IMG/VR virus record: IMGVR_UViG_3300043411_000910
Location: 1-64,000 of that record
DNA from: a virus
Strand: one strand, 5' to 3'
Length of the DNA: 64,000 bases
Below the pieces are notes generated by a model. That model worked only from the letters and a program-made list of their open reading frames with translations, made no database searches and was not told the DNA's origin. Below are positions 28,129 through 38,362 of the stretch, piece after piece. Numbering within the stretch: the stretch's first letter is position 1; every line of letters starts with the position of its first letter. The translations under genes were made by a program, and so were the position numbers.

Positions 28129-30353
28129 TGACTGATCCAAAAGATAACGAACCACTTCCAACCGTTCCTAGCGTAGAAGATACAAAAGCGGCAGCAGATT
28201 ATGGTAAGGTTGTTGGTGAAAATGTTGATAAACAAAAAGACTTCACACAAGCAACTGATAAAGCAAAAGAAGCTACAAAAGAAGTAAAAGAAGCATATAA
28301 AGGCGCTAGAGATGGCTTACTAAGTTTTATTAAAAATATTCAAACAGGCACTTCATTAACTGATGCACAATCTATTGCTATTGGTAAATTATCTGCGCAG
28401 ATATTTGATTCAACAAAAATATTTCAAAATTTTGGTGCAGCAAAACTAAGCCCTTCATTTTTAGAGCAATATTCGGATGTGTCTGACATTATAATGAAAG
28501 ACATATTTCCTATGCTAAATAAAGGGGCTGATGCTGTTAATTCAGTCACTCAAAAGCTTCTTGGAATAAAATTACCAACAGATGTTATTTCTGGTGGCGC
28601 TGCCGTAATTGATAATTATTTAAGAAAGCAATTTGCTGCCGCTGATACGGCTACAAAATTCAGAGATGAAGTATTAGCAAATGCTGTTGCAACTGGCGTA
28701 TATGGTGATGTATTAGATTCTGTTGGAGATGATTTATCAAATCTAAATAATCTTTTAGAAAACCATAATGAACTAATGATAAATGCTCAAAAAGCAACTG
28801 GTATGACAGATGAGCAAATACAATTGTTCTATAAAGAATTAAATAAGATACCAGGGGCTTTTAATAATTCAATTGCCACTGGTGGAAAGTTTAATCAAAG
28901 CATGCTTTCTGCTGTCGCAACATTATCAACTGCTACAAGAAGATCTGCTGCTGAGATAGGTGCTTCGATGATGAAGGCTTATCAAAACTATGGTGTATCA
29001 GACAAGAGAGCATTACAATTTGTTGCTAGAATGAGCGAGGCATCTAACAATCTAAAACTTCCATTTAATGTTGTAGAATCATTTATGGAAGATATAGCTG
29101 GTCAAGTTGGAATGCTTGGTGAAAATATAGATGCTTCAGCTAGGATACTTGATACTTATGCTGGTAGTTTTACTAAACTAGGACTAAGCGCAGATCAAGC
29201 TAAAAAATTAATATCAGGAATGACTAGCTCAGTATTGCAAATGAACATAGCTCAGAAAGCATTTTTATCTGCTCAATCAGGTGGTCCTGGTGGATTAATG
29301 GGTGGGTTTAGAATAGATAAGATGATGAGAGATGGTAAACTTGATGAAGTTATGAAGATGGTTGAATCTCAAATGAAAAAACAATTTGGAAGAATTGTTA
29401 CATTAGACGAAGCGGAAAAAAGCCCTCAAGCAGCAGCACAATTGGCAAAACAAAAAACATTGGTTCAATCTGGACCTCTTGGTAAATTTGCACAAAATGA
29501 TTCTGAAGCATACAGGGTATTAGAAGCTTTAAAAAACAAAGACTCTAAATCTCTATTAGAGCTTGGTAACAAAAAAGAAATGTCTGAAACTCCAGTTCAA
29601 GACTTCCTAGCAAAAGGCAATTCATTACAAGAGCAATCAATAACTATATTTAGTCAAATGGCTTCTGATCTAACAGCAATAAAGCAAAGAGGTGTATTAT
29701 CTAATCTTAGTGATACTCAATTAAGGTATTCAGCTAATCCTGGTGGAAAAATAACACCGGGAACTCCTGATTTAAATGCTGGAATGAGGGGAAGATTAAA
29801 AGCAAATGCTTTAGGTGCAAGAGAGAAGGGTGAGGAGTTATCTGAAGTAATCAGAACCGGATTTGAGAATAAAAGATTTTTATCTAATCAAAACAATGAA
29901 GCAAGCCTTCAGTTAAGAAGCTTATCAAGTAATTTAGCTCAAGATTCTAAAGATATAGCTATGGCTCAAATAAATGCTGGTAAAATGGTTTTCGGTTCTA
30001 AAAACCTAATGGAAGAAGAACAAGCAAAGCTTGATGAAAAATATAGTAGAGAGAAGCTTTCACCAAAACCAAATGAAGAAACAAAAAAAGTATTAGATTT
30101 AAGAAAACAAAAAAATCCATTAGAAATGCCAGAGGATGTTATTAAAGCATTTTCAGTTAGAAAATCTGCCGAAACAGTTGCTTCAAATTTGACCAAAAGA
30201 AATGAAGATAAGATGAAAGAAAAGCAAGAGCATGATGTACATGTTGATGTAAAGTTTGATGGTGTATGTATACATTGTAGAGAAAAAATGCAAGCAGGAG
30301 CATCGTCTCAACAAATTGCGCGAAATGCTGGGGACGCTGCTAAGCAACAATAA
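28128..30353 (+). CDS. Tape measure protein
   Basis: Ala/Gln/Lys-rich helical 741 aa protein directly after the chaperone pair. Confidence 0.8.
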   Translation: MTDPKDNEPLPTVPSVEDTKAAADYGKVVGENVDKQKDFTQATDKAKEATKEVKEAYKGARDGLLSFIKNIQTGTSLTDAQSIAIGKLSAQIFDSTKIFQNFGAAKLSPSFLEQYSDVSDIIMKDIFPMLNKGADAVNSVTQKLLGIKLPTDVISGGAAVIDNYLRKQFAAADTATKFRDEVLANAVATGVYGDVLDSVGDDLSNLNNLLENHNELMINAQKATGMTDEQIQLFYKELNKIPGAFNNSIATGGKFNQSMLSAVATLSTATRRSAAEIGASMMKAYQNYGVSDKRALQFVARMSEASNNLKLPFNVVESFMEDIAGQVGMLGENIDASARILDTYAGSFTKLGLSADQAKKLISGMTSSVLQMNIAQKAFLSAQSGGPGGLMGGFRIDKMMRDGKLDEVMKMVESQMKKQFGRIVTLDEAEKSPQAAAQLAKQKTLVQSGPLGKFAQNDSEAYRVLEALKNKDSKSLLELGNKKEMSETPVQDFLAKGNSLQEQSITIFSQMASDLTAIKQRGVLSNLSDTQLRYSANPGGKITPGTPDLNAGMRGRLKANALGAREKGEELSEVIRTGFENKRFLSNQNNEASLQLRSLSSNLAQDSKDIAMAQINAGKMVFGSKNLMEEEQAKLDEKYSREKLSPKPNEETKKVLDLRKQKNPLEMPEDVIKAFSVRKSAETVASNLTKRNEDKMKEKQEHDVHVDVKFDGVCIHCREKMQAGASSQQIARNAGDAAKQQ

Positions 30354-30366
30354 ATAGGATATAAAA

Positions 30367-31245
30367 ATGAGTATTAAATTTCTAGAAGATATAAAAAAAG
30401 AAGTTTTTAATGATCCAACTTCAGATGATATACAAGGTCAAATAAACAAAAATGGTTTTGCTTTACCTCCAGTCGCAATAGCTAATGGAAATGGTCTTCC
30501 AACTATGAAGAATTATGGTAGGTATACTAAGGCTAAATTAAAGCGTAACATTATTTCATGGCTTGTTCCAGAGATAGGTCTAGTTAAGATGTATATAAAT
30601 CCTGAGTCTATTTCTATCAATGATAAAAAGTTGATACAAAAAGAACAAACAAAGGGTGGATTCTCTTTGCAATATTGGGGAGAAGATCTAAAAACAATAA
30701 GATTATCAGGAACTACTGGAAGCTCTGGGATAGAAGGTGTTAATTTACTACACGAGATTTATAGAGCAGAACAACATGTATTTGATGGAACAGCATTAAC
30801 AATAGCAAATAAAAATGCAGCTACTACAGATCTTATTTCAAAGGGCGTAGATTCTATATTTTCTGGTGTAGGTAGTTTATTCGGTGGAGGGTCAACAGTT
30901 TCATCTATATTAGGATTAGGTGCTGGATTAACTAAAGGCGCACTTGGTGTAGATTCTAGTTTAGCACCAAGTATTATTCCTTCTCTAGCTCAATACGCTT
31001 TTACAGTTGAGATGTTTTATGATGGTTTAGTTCATAGAGGGTATTTTACTGATATGTCTGTTACCGAAGCTACGGATTTTCTTTTTAAGTATGATATATC
31101 TTTTACGGTTACACAAACGAGAGGATATAGAACTAATTATTTAGGATGGCATAAATCACCAAATAACGCACCAAGTAGAGATAATCCAGAATCACCTTAT
31201 TCGGCTTATGGTGATGATTATTCTTTCGATAGGAAATTAGGATGA
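30367..31245 (+). CDS. Probable tail tube initiator/baseplate protein
   Basis: MYINPESISI...K...QYWGE....I.LSGTTG and YDGLVHRGYF.DMSVTE...F.Y.ISF; follows the tape measure. Confidence 0.65.
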   Translation: MSIKFLEDIKKEVFNDPTSDDIQGQINKNGFALPPVAIANGNGLPTMKNYGRYTKAKLKRNIISWLVPEIGLVKMYINPESISINDKKLIQKEQTKGGFSLQYWGEDLKTIRLSGTTGSSGIEGVNLLHEIYRAEQHVFDGTALTIANKNAATTDLISKGVDSIFSGVGSLFGGGSTVSSILGLGAGLTKGALGVDSSLAPSIIPSLAQYAFTVEMFYDGLVHRGYFTDMSVTEATDFLFKYDISFTVTQTRGYRTNYLGWHKSPNNAPSRDNPESPYSAYGDDYSFDRKLG

Positions 31246-34200
31246 GTTTTTTAGAAGGCTTGACAAATAAATTATCATCAGCTCTTACAGTATCAGAGAA
31301 TTCAAAAGACAATTTGAATTATTCTGATTTTGAAAATATATCTAATAAAGTAGATACATCTGCAACTAGAAATTATGTAGAAGAAGGGTTTTCAAGAACT
31401 GATCCATATTTCACTGATATTAAATCTATAGAGATACTTATGCAAGAGCCAAGCGCTACAGTCTTGGTTAAAAAGAAAATGTTTTCATCTCTTGCTAATA
31501 ACTTTAGACCAGATTATATGAGCAAGGATGAAAAGTTATTTTATAAAGCATGCAATGCATTGTTTTATAATAAAGCTCAACAAATATCTGCTTTAGAAAG
31601 ATTATCGAAGATAGAGAAGATAATTGATAAAAATGAAACACTAACAGATAGCTTTATGCCATCTATAATTAGTCTAGTTGATTCATTAACTGCAAATGAT
31701 TCTATAGTTGGTACTACTAGCTTATTTGGTGGTAATAATGGTCTTAAAGATTTGTTTAGTATAACTGACCGTATAAGAAAATTATATGCATTTACCAAAC
31801 CATCTCAATTTACTAAATGGATAGATTCGCCTACAGCAATGTTTTCTGGAGTTTATGGAGAAGGTACTGGTGTATTTGAAATAACTAACTTTACTGATTT
31901 CAGTACAGCTGTAGGAAATTCATTAGGAAAAGGTAGAGCGGATTTTAATATAGTTGATCCATATAAAGCCTCTTTTATTACAGAATATGATATCGAGAAG
32001 GCAATAAGTGATGCTACCAATTTGTTCTATAATAAAAAGACATTTAATTTCTCTGAGTCACAAATAAACGAATCCATTGGTACATATAAAGCTAAACTAA
32101 ATTCTTTAAGATCTAAAAGAAGAGTTTCTGAGATAGATGTTTCTATTAACCCTGACTCTTCAATAGGAGAAAAAGTTGTAGCTAGATTAACTAATGGTCA
32201 AAAAATAATTTTTACACAGAATTCATCCAAAGCATTAGGCTCATTATTTTCTTTTAGTTTATCTAATAAATCATCTGAAGTAGAAGTCTCAGGTGCATAT
32301 TTAATAGATGGAGAAATACTTGGCAATCAAGGTCTTAATACAAAAGCAGAAGATGTAAATGTTTTTGAGTCAGGAAGTTTCTTATACAATAAAACTTCTG
32401 AGCTTGAATTATTTCAAAACTTGATTTCTTCAATATACTTGAAACTTACACTAACTAATAATTCTCAAAATACTTTTCAAATAAATAACCAACTAACTAA
32501 TTATGCAAGACGTAAGATGAATTTCTATTTTCTTGGTAGAAATATAATTCAGCCTATGGATGAAGTGAGAATATTCATTTCATCTAAAACAAAATTAGAT
32601 TCAAATGTTAGCAGTGGTTTGCGTGAAGCATTTGCTGGTCAAAATTTTATAGAGAAATTCTCTTCAACAGTTTATGACATACAAAATCAATTCAATGCAA
32701 TATTTAATGCATCCCAGAATCTAGATCTACAGGCTGAGAAATCAATATATGTTGGTCAAAGTTTTCCTAATCAATTATGGAATATGATCCGTGGGTATTT
32801 TGTTAATGATAAAGAAGGACCATGTGTATTTGCTGGGGTTGTTGGATCTTCTAATTTATCAGGATCTCCAGGATCTTATAAATTATCAGTTAATTGCTCT
32901 GACAATTCAAGTTATTTCAATAATGGGCAAGTAAATTTCAATCCAGGTGTTGATAATTTCAATGGTTATATATATGACCCATTGACACCGTTTGAATCCA
33001 AATTTGATCAAGTTAGTACAAATTTAACGAATCAAATTCCACAATTATTAGAAGAAAATAGAATTATATTAAATAATGCTGGCAAAGGTATATTAAAATA
33101 TAAATCTGGTCCTGGAGCTGGGCAATTAGCGACTCAAGATAATTTTATTCAAGACGTATCAATAGATCCAAGAACTGGTGCTAAGAAACAAGTTTATTAT
33201 GGTCCTGATGGATTAGTGTATAATTGGAAACAAGGTATAGGTGTATTTACTCAATACGGAAATTCAATTTCACTTAATGATCCATCAACCGTTGGTAATC
33301 AAAATGTATATAATAATCCATTTGCCGGTCAAGATGTAATGAATGTTATATCTTTGGCTATTACTGGTAAACCATATAATTTTATAAATTATTGGAAAGC
33401 TGTTCAAAATCTAGAAGGATACTCAAGAGATCCTTATAATAATACTGATGCAGCATATTCTTATTCTAACTCATTGAAACAAGACCTAAGCAAAAATAAT
33501 ATGCTATGGGGTAATTTTATACCTTTCAAAACTTTAGTAATAGATGAATTATCTTATGCTAAAGTTTTAAATGCCGAAAGATCTATACTTAGAACTGTAG
33601 ATCAATTAGAGGATAATATAAACAAACTAAAAGATATAGACAATGGTTTGTATCTGTTTGGTTTATCTGGCATTGGTTCTGGAACAGATACTTTTGCTAA
33701 AGCAACAATATTATCAGCACAAGCACAAGCTATAAACAATGATGTAGAAGTGTTGAAGAATAATCTTTTACAGGAGGATGTTTCTAATTATGGTTTAAAA
33801 ATTGTTGGCTCAGATGTTACTTTTGATGCTGACCAATTTCTATCACAAGAAGATCCTAATAAATCATTAAATCAATCTAATGTAAGAAGAAGCCTTAGAA
33901 GAAAAACAAACCAATTAACAAGAAGAATGCCTTGGGCTGTAAGAGCAAATGAAGACAAAAATCTATTAATCGTTGATGACTCTTATGATAAAGATTATGA
34001 TATAGCTGCTTACGATAAAGCTTTACAATCAAATCTAAGCACTTTATATAGCAATGGATTTACTACAGTTGGTGAAAATATAACATCAGCAGCTAATTTA
34101 TTAAATTTAGAAGTTTTTTGTGACACTCAAGGTCACATCAGGGTTCAACCACCACAATATAATAAAATCCCAAGCTCTATATTTGATAGATTGATACAAG

Positions 34201-36119
34201 AAAAAAGAATGTATGGTAAATCAATATATCCAGAATTTATAGATAATATGTTTACTAATCAATTAGATGCATTTAAAACAAAACTAGAAGTATCTGAAGA
34301 TAATATAAGACTTTTATCTGCAATGATGGATTTAGCTGATGATAGTTCAATAAGTATATTTATCAACTCTTTTCCTAACTATGGAGCTGGACCAACTTTT
34401 TCTTTCTTAACTGATGATAATGGATATCTAATACAATATCAAGATTTATTAAAACAATCTTTACCAGAAGCTATAGAGAATCAAAACTTTCAGGCGATAC
34501 AAAATCAATCTAATTCATCTAGATCTTTTTTTACTTCTGCTAATAGATATGATACCTTGTCACAATTTATGAAGCCAGAATATAGATCTAAGTTTACAGA
34601 TGTATCAAGCGTATTTGCTTCAGATAGAATAAATAGAATAAATAATAGAATACAATCTAAAACTGGTCAAAAAGTTAATTTAGATAATTATATACTTGTA
34701 AGCGATCCAGGACTTATTAAAAATGTAATTCCTGCTAGAAAATCAATTGACATATTCAAAATAACAAAAGAGCTTGGAGATAGATTAGCCGAGAGACAAA
34801 GAACTGTTAAGCAATTCTATGAATCACTTAAGAATTCAATTGAGACTAATTCTATTTTTGATAATACTACACAGAATAGATTATTCACGCCAGGTATCAA
34901 TAATAAAGCTGTACCAGAATCTTTAGAGCATATGATAGAAGATGAAAACTTTGATGACTATGGATTTGGATCAGGTTCCAGATATGTTATAAGAAATTAT
35001 CAAATAAAAGATTTTTCAATAACTGAAGAGGCTCCAAATTATACTGGTGTAACTGTAAGTGGTTCTTTTAATCTATACGAGGAATCAAGAAACCAGGGTC
35101 CAGCTGAACTAAATTCATTGCCTGCGGGTGGTAATGGTTTAACGAGTGCAACAGCTATAGATTATGATCTTATGAGAATGTATGGCTTTAAAAGTGTTAG
35201 CAATGTAAACGTTCCATTCTTATCTGATCCACAATCACAATGTGCTCCATATGCATCAATGCTTTTAAGTATTGCCAGAAAAAATATACTAAGAGCAAAC
35301 GTAACAATTGTTGGCAATGAATATTATCAACCATCAGAAGTTGTGTATATTGAAGATATTGGATTGCTATTCTATATAGAGAGTGTATCTCATAGATTTC
35401 AATTTGGATCAAGTTTTACGACTACATTGAGCTTAACTTATGGTCATGCTCCTGGTGATTACATCCCAAATGTTTTGGATATGGTTGGCAAAGTAATATA
35501 TAAAAACCAAGACGCCAAAGATTTTATTAACTATAGACAGCAAAATTCATATAATGAACAAAATATTGGAATAATAATACTAGATCCAAATTCATCATCT
35601 GTGTTTAAATTAAAGTCAGACTCGGATGAGTTTGTTAGTAGATATTCTCAAGCTAATGCAAAAACTATAAATGATATTATCTATACCACAGCATATCGGC
35701 TTGATATTAATAATATCAAAGATCAAAACTTAAAAGTTACAATAGAGCTTAGAACATACTATGATTCATCTACACCTACACCAAATCAACTTATAAAATT
35801 AAAAGAAGAGGTATCCCAAATACTTACTGGAACAAAGCAAGTATTTAAAGAAAGCGCAAGTGGGGAAATAAAAATAACATTACCAAAAGAGTTTATAATT
35901 ATAATAACCGATAGCTCATCTGAGATTAATTTAGATGATATGGAAGATACTAGATCACCATCTAATAAAGCTACTTCTTCAGCTAGGGATATATCTAATG
36001 ATAACTCTTCTTATACTTCATCAAGCAAGTTTAAAGATAACTCTGACAAGATAAGAGAAGGTTTAATTAATTACATGATAGATTGTTGGATAAAGTTTGA
36101 GTATACAGGAAAACAATGA
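31242..36119 (+). CDS. Baseplate hub protein (T4 gp27/GpD-like) with large insertions
   Basis: IQPMDEVRIF, VFAGVV, EVFCDTQGHIRVQPPQY, and ANVTIVGN...YIESVSHRFQFGSSFTTTLSLTYG. Confidence 0.78.
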   Translation: MSFLEGLTNKLSSALTVSENSKDNLNYSDFENISNKVDTSATRNYVEEGFSRTDPYFTDIKSIEILMQEPSATVLVKKKMFSSLANNFRPDYMSKDEKLFYKACNALFYNKAQQISALERLSKIEKIIDKNETLTDSFMPSIISLVDSLTANDSIVGTTSLFGGNNGLKDLFSITDRIRKLYAFTKPSQFTKWIDSPTAMFSGVYGEGTGVFEITNFTDFSTAVGNSLGKGRADFNIVDPYKASFITEYDIEKAISDATNLFYNKKTFNFSESQINESIGTYKAKLNSLRSKRRVSEIDVSINPDSSIGEKVVARLTNGQKIIFTQNSSKALGSLFSFSLSNKSSEVEVSGAYLIDGEILGNQGLNTKAEDVNVFESGSFLYNKTSELELFQNLISSIYLKLTLTNNSQNTFQINNQLTNYARRKMNFYFLGRNIIQPMDEVRIFISSKTKLDSNVSSGLREAFAGQNFIEKFSSTVYDIQNQFNAIFNASQNLDLQAEKSIYVGQSFPNQLWNMIRGYFVNDKEGPCVFAGVVGSSNLSGSPGSYKLSVNCSDNSSYFNNGQVNFNPGVDNFNGYIYDPLTPFESKFDQVSTNLTNQIPQLLEENRIILNNAGKGILKYKSGPGAGQLATQDNFIQDVSIDPRTGAKKQVYYGPDGLVYNWKQGIGVFTQYGNSISLNDPSTVGNQNVYNNPFAGQDVMNVISLAITGKPYNFINYWKAVQNLEGYSRDPYNNTDAAYSYSNSLKQDLSKNNMLWGNFIPFKTLVIDELSYAKVLNAERSILRTVDQLEDNINKLKDIDNGLYLFGLSGIGSGTDTFAKATILSAQAQAINNDVEVLKNNLLQEDVSNYGLKIVGSDVTFDADQFLSQEDPNKSLNQSNVRRSLRRKTNQLTRRMPWAVRANEDKNLLIVDDSYDKDYDIAAYDKALQSNLSTLYSNGFTTVGENITSAANLLNLEVFCDTQGHIRVQPPQYNKIPSSIFDRLIQEKRMYGKSIYPEFIDNMFTNQLDAFKTKLEVSEDNIRLLSAMMDLADDSSISIFINSFPNYGAGPTFSFLTDDNGYLIQYQDLLKQSLPEAIENQNFQAIQNQSNSSRSFFTSANRYDTLSQFMKPEYRSKFTDVSSVFASDRINRINNRIQSKTGQKVNLDNYILVSDPGLIKNVIPARKSIDIFKITKELGDRLAERQRTVKQFYESLKNSIETNSIFDNTTQNRLFTPGINNKAVPESLEHMIEDENFDDYGFGSGSRYVIRNYQIKDFSITEEAPNYTGVTVSGSFNLYEESRNQGPAELNSLPAGGNGLTSATAIDYDLMRMYGFKSVSNVNVPFLSDPQSQCAPYASMLLSIARKNILRANVTIVGNEYYQPSEVVYIEDIGLLFYIESVSHRFQFGSSFTTTLSLTYGHAPGDYIPNVLDMVGKVIYKNQDAKDFINYRQQNSYNEQNIGIIILDPNSSSVFKLKSDSDEFVSRYSQANAKTINDIIYTTAYRLDINNIKDQNLKVTIELRTYYDSSTPTPNQLIKLKEEVSQILTGTKQVFKESASGEIKITLPKEFIIIITDSSSEINLDDMEDTRSPSNKATSSARDISNDNSSYTSSSKFKDNSDKIREGLINYMIDCWIKFEYTGKQ

Positions 36120-38056
36120 ATAAAGGTGCTAGAATATTTAATGAAGAAGTTGGTTTACCTAGAGAAGGTTTTATAGTAGGATTTGATGCTATCAAAAGAA
36201 TAGTTAAGGTTCAATTAAATTCTGGCGATTCTGTTCAAAACAAGTTTTATGTAGAAGCACCATTACCAATGATATCTGCGCAAAACAATGGGTTAATAAA
36301 CTTATCTTATCCAACCAATGGTACTCCAGTTGTTGTCGCTCAAGGAAGCGGTGGTAGGTATTATATACTACAATATCTTTCTGATGGAATAGATCAGATT
36401 CCAATATCAAAGAATGAATATCTTTTGCAGTCAAGCGATTTTACTAAATTTAAATTATTGTCCAATGATATATTCATTGGATCAGATGAATCTAGAATAA
36501 ATATAAACACTAATCTTGGTCATTACACAAGAAACTTTAATAATGAATATTCTTTTACGGATGGATCAAGAAAGATAAACTCTACAATATTTAGAGAAAG
36601 ATATATAAATGTAAATTTAGCTGACTCTAACAACATATTAGATTCAAAAAGATATTTATTAAAGCAATCAGTTAACCTTGATCCTAAATCTAATGGTAAT
36701 GATACTTCAGTTGGTTCAACTAAAAACCCAATGTTAATGGAGTCAAGGGAGTTAATATTTGAACACAAAAATTCTTCTAATATATTAAACGATGTATCTG
36801 AATCATTGAACTATAAATCAATAGTTGATAATAAATCTTATTCTTATCCAGATAGAACCAAATCACGATGTGATGTTTTGAATTTAAATCTAAACAACCC
36901 AAATTATCTTATAGAGACAGTAAAAGGTACACTTGTTGATATCTTTGGTAACATACTTGATCTTAATAGATATCCACTAGATTTTGATAGTACAACCACT
37001 TTATCTAACAATGAAAACATAGATAAAACTCAAACATTTCTAAATCTAAAAGCATTACAAAGAAAATCAATAGCTTATCATTTTGAACTTAACTCAAGAA
37101 AAGACTTATCTGGATCAAATGGTAAAATATCTATTCCTGATATTAATTCAACTGATGATAAAGCTAGGGCTAGAAGTAGATTCTTCTTAGACATAGATAA
37201 AGAAGGTCAGATAAAACTAAATGTTTCTGCTTCTAGTGAAACAGGCAACATACCAATATTATCTAGATATGAAAACTATTCTAATATATCTGAGGATGAT
37301 AATAAAAATCCTAACAAATTAATATTTAGGGAAGATTATCTCGATGTACTGCATGATAGTTTTGGAGTAGGTGTTATTTCTGTTTTAAAGAATGACAATG
37401 AATCTACTCCTATTGATAGAATAACAAAATCTCATATAAAGCATGGTACAGCACATCATAATTTATTGAAAACATGTTTTGCTGCACAAACATTAGATTT
37501 TATAGATTATCAGAATGATACGACTATAAAGCTTGACTCAAGTTATTTATTAACTAATTTTATTCAAGAGAAGATAATAGCATATGGACCAAATGCAAAT
37601 GCTGGCGGAAGAAGTGGTCAATTGAATTTTGATGGATCATTAGAGCTTAACGTAGGAGCTAATACAAGCGATAGGCAATCTATGTTGTTAGATTTTGCCG
37701 GTGGTGTTATTGGTAATATTGGTCGAGATAGAAATAACAATAGCATGATTTTGGGTATGGATGGAAATATGTTTGTGCAAATAGGTGGAAATGGAGTTTC
37801 TGGTGATTCTAGATTCAGTTCATTAAACAATGGATACCTTGATGGAACGTTGGATATTAGGGTTATGCGTCCAGGGTATCAAGCTACGATGCTAAGAATT
37901 GATAAAGAAGGTATTAAGGTTATGACGGCTGGTAGGATGATGTTTCATGCAAATAGTGATATTGTATTTAAATCTGATGCAAATATGACTATAGAGGCAG
38001 AGACATTGGTTATGAATGGAAGAGTTGTTTATAAAACTTTTGGTGGTGAAATATGA
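36116..38056 (+). CDS. Probable baseplate central spike (gp5/GpV-like)
   Basis: OB-fold-like N-terminus (GFIVGFD...VKV...YPTNGTPVVV), short beta repeats at the C-terminus, ATGA overlap with the hub gene. Confidence 0.65.
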   Translation: MNKGARIFNEEVGLPREGFIVGFDAIKRIVKVQLNSGDSVQNKFYVEAPLPMISAQNNGLINLSYPTNGTPVVVAQGSGGRYYILQYLSDGIDQIPISKNEYLLQSSDFTKFKLLSNDIFIGSDESRININTNLGHYTRNFNNEYSFTDGSRKINSTIFRERYINVNLADSNNILDSKRYLLKQSVNLDPKSNGNDTSVGSTKNPMLMESRELIFEHKNSSNILNDVSESLNYKSIVDNKSYSYPDRTKSRCDVLNLNLNNPNYLIETVKGTLVDIFGNILDLNRYPLDFDSTTTLSNNENIDKTQTFLNLKALQRKSIAYHFELNSRKDLSGSNGKISIPDINSTDDKARARSRFFLDIDKEGQIKLNVSASSETGNIPILSRYENYSNISEDDNKNPNKLIFREDYLDVLHDSFGVGVISVLKNDNESTPIDRITKSHIKHGTAHHNLLKTCFAAQTLDFIDYQNDTTIKLDSSYLLTNFIQEKIIAYGPNANAGGRSGQLNFDGSLELNVGANTSDRQSMLLDFAGGVIGNIGRDRNNNSMILGMDGNMFVQIGGNGVSGDSRFSSLNNGYLDGTLDIRVMRPGYQATMLRIDKEGIKVMTAGRMMFHANSDIVFKSDANMTIEAETLVMNGRVVYKTFGGEI

Positions 38057-38355
38057 AAAAAATATCTAAAGTACTATATGATAGACTATATGTCCAAGCT
38101 GAGCTAGCCAAAGATATTGGCAACAAACAATTATCTGATAGCATATTTAAAATAATAGGCGCTGGAGTTGAAGAATCTGATCAGAATATAAATGAGATAG
38201 AGGATAACGTTAAATCTTCATTGATTAATTGCATAATAGATTTAGCAGACCATTATAACAAACAAGATATAGATATATCAGAGATAAATAAATTTTCAGA
38301 ATTATTTGTAAAGTTATTTATTAAAAAATCAAAAGAACATCTTAAAGTAGATTAA
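38053..38355 (+). CDS. Hypothetical protein
   Basis: 100 aa, ATGA overlap. Confidence 0.7.
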   Translation: MKKISKVLYDRLYVQAELAKDIGNKQLSDSIFKIIGAGVEESDQNINEIEDNVKSSLINCIIDLADHYNKQDIDISEINKFSELFVKLFIKKSKEHLKVD

Positions 38356-38362
38356 GGAAAAA

